A program made the position numbers and the translations under genes. The notes below the pieces were generated by a model. The model was not told the DNA's origin. It did not search any database and saw only the letters and a list, made by a program, of their open reading frames with translations. A stretch of 64,000 nucleotides of DNA from an uncultured Spirochaetota bacterium (GTDB lineage: Bacteria; Spirochaetota; Spirochaetia; SZUA-6; Fen-1364). Numbering within the stretch: position 1 is the first letter of the stretch; every line of letters starts with the position of its first letter. The DNA lies in assembly GCA_963845535.1 (NCBI GenBank), contig CAWJSK010000019.1, positions 448,001 through 512,000 on the forward strand, written 5' to 3'. This document shows positions 52,653-61,060 of this stretch, piece by piece.

Positions 52653-53099
52653 GTGAGGAAGGAAAGGAAATATCTGGTAATATCCGGTCCAAACCTGAAC
52701 CTGTTGGGAACGCGCAAGACTTCCATCTATGGGGCGGGCTCCCTGGAGGACATCCACAGCGGATTGCGCCAGCGCGCGGAAGAGCTCAAGGTGGCCGTTG
52801 ATTGCAGGCAATTCAACAGCGAAGGCGCCATCATCGACTGCCTTCAGCAGGCGCCCAGCGAATACGATGGCGTGATCATCAACGCCGGCGCCCTGGCGCA
52901 TTACAGCTACGCCCTCCGCAGCGCTATCGGCTCGATGCTGCTGCCGTGCGTGGAGGTATTCATCTCCAACGTGCATGCGCGCGAAGAGTTCCGCCATAAA
53001 TCGGTGATAGCGCCCGTGTGCGTGGGGGTCATCGGCGGTTTCGGGAAAAAAAGCTACCTGCTGGCCCTGGAAGCCCTGTCCAAACTGAGCAAAGCATAG
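52653..53099 (+). CDS. aroQ: type II dehydroquinase paralogue with substituted catalytic residues
   Basis: GPNLNLLGTRK...YG, NAGALAHYSYALRSA, EVFISN. Confidence 0.85.
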   Translation: MRKERKYLVISGPNLNLLGTRKTSIYGAGSLEDIHSGLRQRAEELKVAVDCRQFNSEGAIIDCLQQAPSEYDGVIINAGALAHYSYALRSAIGSMLLPCVEVFISNVHAREEFRHKSVIAPVCVGVIGGFGKKSYLLALEALSKLSKA

Positions 53100-53114
53100 A
53101 AGGGAGATCCGCGC

Positions 53115-53867
53115 ATGGCCGTTCGCTGGGCAATGATGGTCCAGAGCTTGTCCCGCGTCACTGAAGCTGAAGGAGCAGGTTTTGATTGCGTGCAACCGAC
53201 GGTGGGCTTCATCCTGGACCTCCAAAAGCGGAGGATCAAGAACCCCGGCGTGCCTTTTGAGGTAAGCCCGGTGCCTCTTCCCGCGGACGTCCGCGTGACC
53301 GAGAGAGGGTTCAACCTCTACGCATGGATGGAAGATCTGAAAAAATCCCTGCAGGGCCTTTCGGACCTTGGCTGCAAAAAGCTCGCCTGGAGTGAGGGCA
53401 GGGCGCGTCTCCTTCCTCTCGAAGGAGATCGGTCAGGAGCCAAGGAACAGGCCATGCAGTTTTTGTACATGCTGTGCGATGCAGCCGCCGAGAAGGGAAT
53501 GACGGTGCTGATTGAACCTCTTGGGCCGCGACGCACAAATTTCCTGAATACGCTGGATGAAATCAGGGATTTTCTTCCGCGGGTCGGAAAGGAAAACCTG
53601 TCAGCCATGATCAGTCTCCGTGAGCTGGAGGCAACGGGGCTTACCCTGGCATCTCTCCCCGCGTACAAAGATCTCATAGCGCACGTCCAGATGGAGAACC
53701 CTTTGTCTCCTCAAGGCGCGCGGACCTGCCCACGAGCCTCGGATGGATACGACTATCGCTCTTTCCTTGGAGCGCTCGAAACAATCGGCTACTCCGGCGT
53801 CATTACACTTCCGGAAGATTCAGATATCTTGGGATTATCTTATTGCAAGGAAATGTGGAAAACGTAG
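53115..53867 (+). CDS. xylose-isomerase-like TIM-barrel protein (sugar epimerase/isomerase family, divergent)
   Basis: GMTVLIEPLGPRRTNFLNTLDE, IAHVQ, LETIGYSGVI. Confidence 0.7.
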   Translation: MAVRWAMMVQSLSRVTEAEGAGFDCVQPTVGFILDLQKRRIKNPGVPFEVSPVPLPADVRVTERGFNLYAWMEDLKKSLQGLSDLGCKKLAWSEGRARLLPLEGDRSGAKEQAMQFLYMLCDAAAEKGMTVLIEPLGPRRTNFLNTLDEIRDFLPRVGKENLSAMISLRELEATGLTLASLPAYKDLIAHVQMENPLSPQGARTCPRASDGYDYRSFLGALETIGYSGVITLPEDSDILGLSYCKEMWKT

Positions 53868-53918
53868 GCTTGAAAGGGGCGAAGATCAGAGCCTGTGCTC
53901 CCCATGTAGCACAAAGGC

Positions 53919-54926
53919 CTACCGGATTCGCCGGCAGGAAGAGCGAATCTTCAGCTCGGGCTTCAACACGATCTTGCGAGGGCTCGGAATGCCTGAGAGG
54001 CGGTTCAAGATGGTGTCGGTAGTCGCGGCCGCCAATCCATCAAGAGGCTGCCTCACGGTGGTGAGGGCGGGGACGGAGTAGGAGGCATACTTTGTGTCGT
54101 CGTAGCCGCTTATTGAGATGTCCTCCGGAATGAGAACGTTGTTCTCGTAAGCGGCCCGGATTGCGCCGAAAGCCATCTGGTCGTTGGAAAAGAAGATGGC
54201 CGTTATGCCGGTCTTACGGCGATGCAGCGTGCAGAAAGCGTCGTAGCCACTCTCGATAGACCAGTCGCCTCGGTAGACTATGCTCCTGTCAAAGGGGATG
54301 TCCATCACCTTCAGCTCGTTGCGATAGGTGTCAAAACGGTCCTGGGCGTTGATCTCGGCCATATTTCCGGAGACGAAGCCTATCCGCCTGTGGCCGAGCG
54401 CAAAAAGGTGTCTCAGGATCAGCGTGGTTCCGAGCACGTTGTCAGTATCCACGTAGTCGCAATCCACGGTATCACTCCTGCCGTGGAGAATCACAAAAGG
54501 AAGCCCCTCTCTGTTCAATCGCTCCACCTCGGGGTCACCAGTCGGGGGCGCGACCAGAATGAGTCCGTCGACCTTCCGCTCTTTTATCAGGCGGGTAGGG
54601 TCACGGTAGTCATCTCCCGTCTTCGTCATTCCGAGGAAAAGGTGGTAGCCGCGGTGGCTTAGCTGATCCTCGAGCTCAACGGACAGCTCGACGTAAAAAG
54701 ATCTCGAGAAGACGTATTCCTTGCGGGGGAAGATCAGTCCGATGTTGTTCGTCTTGCGGGCGTTCAGCGCTCGCGCAGAAGCGTCAGGGTAATAGCCGAG
54801 ATCACGAATTGCCTTCAGCACGCGCTCGCGGGTTTCTTTCTTCACTCTGGGATGGTTGTTCACGACCCTCGAGACAGTCATGAATGAGACTTTGGCGCGC
54901 ACCGCTACGTCCTGCTGGGAAGGCAT
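53919..54926 (-). CDS. LacI family transcriptional regulator
   Basis: QDVAVRAKVSFMTVSRVVN, DISISGYDD, LTTVRQP. Confidence 0.95.
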   Translation of the reverse strand: MPSQQDVAVRAKVSFMTVSRVVNNHPRVKKETRERVLKAIRDLGYYPDASARALNARKTNNIGLIFPRKEYVFSRSFYVELSVELEDQLSHRGYHLFLGMTKTGDDYRDPTRLIKERKVDGLILVAPPTGDPEVERLNREGLPFVILHGRSDTVDCDYVDTDNVLGTTLILRHLFALGHRRIGFVSGNMAEINAQDRFDTYRNELKVMDIPFDRSIVYRGDWSIESGYDAFCTLHRRKTGITAIFFSNDQMAFGAIRAAYENNVLIPEDISISGYDDTKYASYSVPALTTVRQPLDGLAAATTDTILNRLSGIPSPRKIVLKPELKIRSSCRRIR

Positions 54927-54998
54927 CAGGCTGTTTCCTCCAGAACATGATTATACCCAAAGCGACAGGGACTTGGGAGATGCCCTCGAATGACACCT

Positions 54999-55078
54999 AT
55001 GTCTGCGCAAATAGGCTGACAATATTGACAGATGCACGTTCCTATGGAATAGTCACAATGTGTGCGCAAACATTGTGA
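54999..55078 (+). promoter_or_regulatory. sigma70 promoter flanked by two LacI-type operators
   Basis: TCACAATGTGTGCGCAAACATTGTGA (55053-55078) near-perfect palindrome; second site ATGTCTGCGCAAATA (54999-55013); TTGACA at 55025. Confidence 0.75.
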
Positions 55079-55112
55079 TCTTAAGGCGTCAGAAGCAAGG
55101 AGTAGCAGAGAC

Positions 55113-56498
55113 ATGTCGACAAAAATCGTTCTCACAGGCGCCGGAAGCGCTATGTTCGGCCTTGGCTCTCTCGGCAACATCCTCCGAAGCAAAGTGCTCG
55201 AGGGGTGCACGGTCGTTCTCCATGACATTGACGGTGCGGCACTGCAGAAGGTGGAGCGGGTTGCGCGCCGGTTCATGCAGGAACGGAAACTCTCACACAC
55301 CCTCGTCGTGACGACCTCGCGTGAGGAGGCGCTGCAGAACGCGCAGTTCTGCATCATCGCAATCGAAGTGGGGAACCGGTACGAGCTGTGGGAGCAGGAT
55401 TGGCACATCCCCCAGCAATACGGCATTCGTCAGGTCTACGGCGAAAACGGCGGGCCGGGCGGCCTCTTCCACTCTCTGCGCATCATCCCGCCAATTCTGG
55501 AGATCTGCGGTGATATTGCTCGCATTTGTCCGAATGCATGGGTTTTCAATCTGAGCAATCCAATGACGCGGATTGTCCTGGCCATCACCCGAAAGTATCC
55601 TCAGTTGAAGACACTTGGCCTCTGCCACGAGGTCGTATCCCTGATGGAGCACCTGCCGAAAATCCTCGACACGCCGTGGTCGAATCTCGATGTCAAAGCG
55701 GGAGGCATGAATCATTTCAGTGTTCTGCTGGAGGCGCGCTACAGGGACACGGGTGAGGACGCCTACCCGAAGATTCGTGAGAGAGCGGGCGCCTACTTCG
55801 AGTCACTTCCGGAAGGGTCCTACGAAAACCTGGGGGCAACCAAGGAGATGCTCAGCGCAGCCCGGTCACAAACGGGGGCGGGCGCGCACGGCGCCGGGCG
55901 CTCTCCAGGGCGCCGTTCGATCTGGCCCGAGCGGGAGCTTTTCAAAGTGATTTTGGAGAAGTTCGGACTTTTCCCGATCACCACTGACAGTCATTTCGGC
56001 GAATATGTCCCGTGGGCGCATTCGGTGGTGGATCACAAAGGAATCCTCGATTTCTATTCCTTCTACCGGAAGTGGTGTCTTGAGCAGGTTCCCGAGTCGC
56101 GCATCAACGGCACGCGCGAAATCGAGTATTGGCGCGATATACCGATCATTGAGGGAATCCTTTCGGACTCGGGTCAGGAGGAGCTTGCGGTCAATGTTTC
56201 GAACATCGGTCTTATCGACAATCTGCCCAGGCAGACCGTTGTGGAGGTGCCGGCGACAGTCGACGCGAAGGGCGTACATGGCAGATCACTCGGTACGTTG
56301 CCTCGCGGGTTTGCCGGCCTGCTCAACAACCAGGTTGCGGTGGACGATTTGACCGTCGAGGCTGTTCTCGAAGGTTCGCGAGAGCTTGCATTGCAGGCAT
56401 TGCTTGTGGATCCGGTCGTGGACAGCGTGGCCGCGGCGGAGCGGACCCTGGATGCAATCCTCTCACTGCAAGCAGGCTTTCTTTCCTACATCCATTGA
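55113..56498 (+). CDS. GH4 NAD-dependent glycosidase (alpha-galactosidase/glucosidase-like)
   Basis: GAGS, YGENGGPGG, SNP, GLCH, GMNH, VVEVP, ALLVDP. Confidence 0.9.
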   Translation: MSTKIVLTGAGSAMFGLGSLGNILRSKVLEGCTVVLHDIDGAALQKVERVARRFMQERKLSHTLVVTTSREEALQNAQFCIIAIEVGNRYELWEQDWHIPQQYGIRQVYGENGGPGGLFHSLRIIPPILEICGDIARICPNAWVFNLSNPMTRIVLAITRKYPQLKTLGLCHEVVSLMEHLPKILDTPWSNLDVKAGGMNHFSVLLEARYRDTGEDAYPKIRERAGAYFESLPEGSYENLGATKEMLSAARSQTGAGAHGAGRSPGRRSIWPERELFKVILEKFGLFPITTDSHFGEYVPWAHSVVDHKGILDFYSFYRKWCLEQVPESRINGTREIEYWRDIPIIEGILSDSGQEELAVNVSNIGLIDNLPRQTVVEVPATVDAKGVHGRSLGTLPRGFAGLLNNQVAVDDLTVEAVLEGSRELALQALLVDPVVDSVAAAERTLDAILSLQAGFLSYIH

Positions 56499-56511
56499 CG
56501 GAGGCGCACTT

Positions 56512-57684
56512 GTGGAGCGAACCTGGATCATCACTGACGCCTGCTCTTCGTTTTCCGCATCAGACTTCGCGATACCAGGACGGGAGTTGGGACTCGACTC
56601 CAATGCGTATTGCCGAAAGAGGACGCTGAACGGCGGACGGCAAGCCGGCGTCGAGCTCATCGAGGTCTCAAACGGAATCGTGAGCCTGCGTGTTTGCCCG
56701 ACCCGCGGCATGGGGATCATCGACGGCAGCTTCCTGTCCCATTTCCTCGGGTGGCATTCGCCAGTGAGTGAAATTGTCCATCCGCAGTATGTCAATCTCT
56801 ACGATCTTGGCGGACGGGGCAGCCACTATGGATTCAATGAATTCTTGAACCGTTGCGGAATCGAATGGTCCGGCGCGATGGGGGACGACGAGGTTGTCGA
56901 CAACATGGGGAACCGCCGAAGTGTTTTTCTGCCGCTTCACGGAAAGGTAGGTTGGACACCGGCCTCTCGCGTCGTGCTCCATTCCGCGGCGGATTCCCTG
57001 GTTCTCGAGGGAGACATTCCCGAGCAGAACGTTTTCGGGGTCAACTATGTTCTTCGAACGCGACTTACTCTGCGGCACGGCTCGTCGAGCATCGAAATCA
57101 ATGACTCTCTCTGCAACCTCGGTGCAGTGCCTGGCGAATACGAGATGCTCTATCACACCAATTTCGGTCCTCCCTTTCTCGAGGAAGGGGCACGGTTTTT
57201 CGGCACGTACAATCGCGTGATCCCCCGTGACGACTTTGCCGCGGCCGGTCTTGACGACATGCTGCGGTTTGCCGGGCCAACGGCCGGATTTGCGGAGCAG
57301 GTCTTTCTCTTCCGCGCGGCCGGCGACTCATCGGGACGCGCTCATCAGGTCCTGTGCAACGCCGCGGAAAGCCTTGCGGCCCACGTGAGCTTTTCCATAG
57401 ACACTCTGCCCTATGCAATCCTCTGGAAACGCACGGCAGCGGTTGAAGACGGCTACGTCGCGGGGCTCAACCCGTGCTCGGATCTTCCCAACCGACGCTT
57501 TGTCGAACGGAAAGAGCGTCGCGTGGGCACACTCGGCGCGCATGATGAGATTGCATTTCACCACACCATTGAGCTTGTCGAGGGGAAGAGCGCGGTAGGA
57601 AAGATGGTCGACTTCGTCAGATCCAACGAGGTGCCGGCTGAGGTGGGATCAACGGGCGACTTCAGGCATCTCGGAGGCGCTTGA
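56512..57684 (+). CDS. aldose 1-epimerase superfamily protein (DUF4432-like)
   Basis: PTRGMGI, GWHSPV, PLHG, LYHTNFGPPFL. Confidence 0.8.
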   Translation: MERTWIITDACSSFSASDFAIPGRELGLDSNAYCRKRTLNGGRQAGVELIEVSNGIVSLRVCPTRGMGIIDGSFLSHFLGWHSPVSEIVHPQYVNLYDLGGRGSHYGFNEFLNRCGIEWSGAMGDDEVVDNMGNRRSVFLPLHGKVGWTPASRVVLHSAADSLVLEGDIPEQNVFGVNYVLRTRLTLRHGSSSIEINDSLCNLGAVPGEYEMLYHTNFGPPFLEEGARFFGTYNRVIPRDDFAAAGLDDMLRFAGPTAGFAEQVFLFRAAGDSSGRAHQVLCNAAESLAAHVSFSIDTLPYAILWKRTAAVEDGYVAGLNPCSDLPNRRFVERKERRVGTLGAHDEIAFHHTIELVEGKSAVGKMVDFVRSNEVPAEVGSTGDFRHLGGA

Positions 57685-58823
57685 TGCTGAGCCAATCCGG
57701 GTGCATGCATCGGAGGGAGCGCCTTTGGGGCCAGTTGCCGAAAGAAGTCGAATGGGCGCTCATTGCCGACCCGCGGCATGTCAACTATCTCTGCGGGTTC
57801 TGGGTCAACCCCTTGACCAATTCCGCCGGTGAACGTGGATTGCTGTTCCTGGAGCGCGGCGGCGAATCGATACTCATGTGTGACGACTTCGCCTTCGCAT
57901 CAGCAGTTGGTGAACCACATGTTGACCGAAAGATCATCGAGCAGTGGTATGGCCGCGGGCATGAGGTCGCAAACCGCGATCACGCCCTTTTCCACGCCCT
58001 CAAGCGATTCAGCGCGACACATGATGCCCGCCCTGGCATGGTTGAAACGGAATGGCTTCCCGTTGCCGCACTTGACGTGCTTGGTCCGCTTCATCGCCTG
58101 GATCAATCCACCGGAATCTCGCTGGGTTCAATTCTTCGACGGCTTCGCCGCAGGAAATATCCCGACGAAATCGAGCTGCTCAATCGTTGCTTTCGAGCGG
58201 GCGAAGCGGGACACCAGCGCGCAAAGGACGTAGTGGCCCCCGGCGTGAGTGAGACCGAGATATACCGGGAGGTTCAGTCCGCTGTAATCGCCCGACTGGG
58301 GACGCCGGGACTCGTCTACGGGGATTTCCGTGCCGCCACCCCGACGGATCCCGGGGCAGGTGGACTGCCTACCCCGTATGTAGTGCGAAAGGGTGACACT
58401 TTCATCCTCGACTTCTCAGTTGTGCTCGCCGGCTACCGCAGCGACTTCACCAATTCGATAGCAGTCGGCGCGGCCGGCAGCGGGCAGCGAAAACTGATGG
58501 AGGTCTGTAAGGCGGCAATGGCCGAAGGAGAACGGGCGCTGAAACCGGGCGTGACGGGAGCGGAAGTCCATGGGGCCGTCAACGCTCCGCTTGCCGCTGC
58601 CGGATGGCCTCTTCCTTTCCACGCCGGTCACGGCCTTGGTCTCGGCCACCCCGAGGCGCCGGCATTCATTCCAGAAAGCGACGAAGTGCTGGAAACGGAT
58701 GAAGTAGTAACGCTTGAGCCTGGAGCCTACGTGAAAGGCATTGGCGGCGTGCGGATTGAACACAACTACCTCATCACCCGCGACGGCTGCCAACGTTTGA
58801 CGAAGCATGCGATCGAGCTCTAA
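57681..58823 (+). CDS. M24 (Xaa-Pro peptidase) family protein
   Basis: ILDF...YRSDFT, HAGHGLG..HPE, TLEPG, RIEHN. Confidence 0.88.
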   Translation: MMLSQSGCMHRRERLWGQLPKEVEWALIADPRHVNYLCGFWVNPLTNSAGERGLLFLERGGESILMCDDFAFASAVGEPHVDRKIIEQWYGRGHEVANRDHALFHALKRFSATHDARPGMVETEWLPVAALDVLGPLHRLDQSTGISLGSILRRLRRRKYPDEIELLNRCFRAGEAGHQRAKDVVAPGVSETEIYREVQSAVIARLGTPGLVYGDFRAATPTDPGAGGLPTPYVVRKGDTFILDFSVVLAGYRSDFTNSIAVGAAGSGQRKLMEVCKAAMAEGERALKPGVTGAEVHGAVNAPLAAAGWPLPFHAGHGLGLGHPEAPAFIPESDEVLETDEVVTLEPGAYVKGIGGVRIEHNYLITRDGCQRLTKHAIEL

Positions 58824-58919
58824 AGGGTGACGCGCGAGCTGACTCTGGCCGCTCTTCAAGGAAAACCATCGAGGTGCACTGTTTGTCGTGATGTGATAGA
58901 TTTGGCCAGGCGGTCTCCC

Positions 58920-59510
58920 GTGAAAAAAAAGAAAGGACCGACAAAAAGACAGAAGCAGGCGGCGGCAACCCGAAAACGCATCTATGAGACAGCGATGCGC
59001 CTCATGCGGGCGAACGGCATAGCGGACGTTACCATTGCTGACATCGCCGAGACGGCAGGCGTGTCCGTTGGAGCCTTCTATCATTACTTCGAATCCAAGG
59101 ACGCCATTTTCTTTGAGACATACGGTATCGCGGACGACTTTTTCCTTGAGGAGGTGATTCACAGTCTCACCGGAAAATCGGTCAGAGACCGCATCGTGCA
59201 GTACTTCGATTACTATGCAAAGTTCAACATGGATCAGGGACTTGCCCATATCCAGTTGCTCTACAACTCGAAGAACAAGCACTTCATCGATACGAGTCGA
59301 TTCATGATCTCGGCATTTCGCGCCCTCGTGCATGAAGCAATTGTGAAAGGTGAGATCATCGTCGACTGGTCTGCAGACGAGATCACCGACTATTTTTTCA
59401 TTGCTGCGCGTGGCATCGTATACGATTGGTGCCTTCACGACGCGTCATTCGAGTTGCCGGCGAAAATGCACCGTTTCATCGAACATCTGGCATTCTCCAT
59501 CACCAAATGA
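58920..59510 (+). CDS. TetR family transcriptional regulator
   Basis: TIADIAETAGVSVGAFYHYFESK. Confidence 0.93.
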   Translation: MKKKKGPTKRQKQAAATRKRIYETAMRLMRANGIADVTIADIAETAGVSVGAFYHYFESKDAIFFETYGIADDFFLEEVIHSLTGKSVRDRIVQYFDYYAKFNMDQGLAHIQLLYNSKNKHFIDTSRFMISAFRALVHEAIVKGEIIVDWSADEITDYFFIAARGIVYDWCLHDASFELPAKMHRFIEHLAFSITK

Positions 59511-59550
59511 GCTGCGCCATTCTTCATTGGACTTTTTCAGGAAATCGTGA

Positions 59551-59572
59551 TTAACTGAATTGCTTCGGTGAA
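59551..59572. promoter_or_regulatory. putative TetR operator, copy 1
   Basis: TTAACTGAATTGCTTCGGTGAA imperfect palindrome, matches 60956-60977. Confidence 0.65.
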
Positions 59573-59614
59573 TATGTTCTAACCACTTCGCTCCGACGTT
59601 CGAGGGGGAGAACC

Positions 59615-60859
59615 ATGAACGACGCTCGCAAGCGGGAATTTGAAGAGAGAAAAAGACGCCTGTGCGACGTCATCGCCGTGAGACAGCCCGACCGGATTCC
59701 GATTTCGCCGAAAATGGGTACCTACTATTGCCGGGCATACGGCGTTTCGGTTTACGAGGTGATGAAGGACGTGCGCAATATCGAGCCAGCCATCGTCCAG
59801 TTCATCAACGATTTCCAACCTGACTACGTTCGGTTGCCCGTACTGTATCCAATCGATCCTCTGGAACTGCTCGAACCCACGTTTATCAAATGGCCCGGCC
59901 CGACCTGCCAGCTTCCGTTGAACGGCTCGTTTCAAGTTCTCGACGGGACGTACCTTTCGGAGGACGAGTTCGATGATTTCATTTTCGACCCCACGCACTT
60001 CATTCTCACCCGGATCCTGCCCAGAAAGAACAAGGCTCTCAAAGGGTTTGAGAAGCTCTATTTCAGGAATCCCATCGAACAGTCGTTCCTGATCGATCTG
60101 GCCACGCTGGCCCAGCCCGACGTCAAAGATTCCCTCCTGGCTGCCATCCGCGCCGGCGAGCTTACCAGCCGATGGCTCCAAGGATTGAGCCAGATCAGCG
60201 CGACTGTGGTGGACATGGGTTTTCCGCTGGGGCCCACGATGTCCCAGAGCTGTCCCTTCGACATGTTCGCGGACAACTTCCGCGGGCTTGTCACGACCGT
60301 CGTGGACATCAAAGAACGCCCGGACAAACTTGAAGCCGTGCTCGATGTCATGACTCGGATCTGCGTCGAACGAACCATACGCGGCGCGAAAGCGCGAAAT
60401 GTGGAGTTCATCCTGATTCCGTTGCACGCGGGCAGCGACGAGTTCATGAGCCGCTCGGACTATGAGAGGTTCTACTGGAAAGGTCTCAAAGAGATGATGA
60501 CAGCGATCATCACGGAAGGGATGACCCCATTCGTTTTCTGCGAAGGGAAATACAACACCCGGCTGGATATCATCAGCGACGTTCCCAAGGGCAAGGTGGT
60601 GTACCTGTTCGAAAGCGTCGACATGGTCCGGGCCAAAAAGACCGTGGGCCAGGTGGCATGCCTGTGCGGCAACCTTGCTGCCGCAACTCTGGTCGGCGGC
60701 ACCCGCCAGCAGACGATCGACGAATGCAAGTGGCTCATCGACAATTGCGCAGAGGGCGGAGGCTTCATCATGGATTGCTCTGTCGTTCTCGACAACGCAA
60801 AGCGAGAGAACCTGGAAGCCATGTTCGAAACGACGCTCACCTACGGCAGCTACTCGTGA
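59615..60859 (+). CDS. uroporphyrinogen-decarboxylase-fold protein, MtvB/MtoB-like corrinoid methyltransferase candidate
   Basis: PDRIPI, PFDMFADNFRG, IPLHAG..FMS..YERFYW.GLK, FCEG.Y, GGGFIM, AKRENL. Confidence 0.75.
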   Translation: MNDARKREFEERKRRLCDVIAVRQPDRIPISPKMGTYYCRAYGVSVYEVMKDVRNIEPAIVQFINDFQPDYVRLPVLYPIDPLELLEPTFIKWPGPTCQLPLNGSFQVLDGTYLSEDEFDDFIFDPTHFILTRILPRKNKALKGFEKLYFRNPIEQSFLIDLATLAQPDVKDSLLAAIRAGELTSRWLQGLSQISATVVDMGFPLGPTMSQSCPFDMFADNFRGLVTTVVDIKERPDKLEAVLDVMTRICVERTIRGAKARNVEFILIPLHAGSDEFMSRSDYERFYWKGLKEMMTAIITEGMTPFVFCEGKYNTRLDIISDVPKGKVVYLFESVDMVRAKKTVGQVACLCGNLAAATLVGGTRQQTIDECKWLIDNCAEGGGFIMDCSVVLDNAKRENLEAMFETTLTYGSYS

Positions 60860-60918
60860 GCAGTCGTGTCGCAAAACATTGACCTCTTTATCGCTTGAAA
60901 AGATCGCTTAAAAAAAAC

Positions 60919-60977
60919 TTGACAAGTCGTCCAACTACTCTTATTATCGAACAAATTCACTGAATACATTCGGCGAA
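60919..60977 (+). promoter_or_regulatory. sigma70 promoter and putative TetR operator, copy 2
   Basis: A-tract, TTGACA 60919 /17/ TATTAT 60942; TTCACTGAATACATTCGGCGAA 60956-60977. Confidence 0.75.
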
Positions 60978-61060
60978 CATATTTTCTTCCGGTAATGGAT
61001 CAAGCCCGCCTCCGAGGTACGTCGGAGCGGAGACCGTCAGGTAAGGGAGGAGAATAGGTC

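Noticed and set aside
59579..60874. 431-aa minus-strand ORF
   Set aside because: Codon-aligned antisense shadow of the URO-D-fold gene
59589..61029. 11-bp inverted match CGCTCCGACGT / ACGTCGGAGCG in two 5' UTRs as an invertible segment
   Set aside because: Short and GC-rich, no recombinase nearby, and the second copy is explained by a local hairpin
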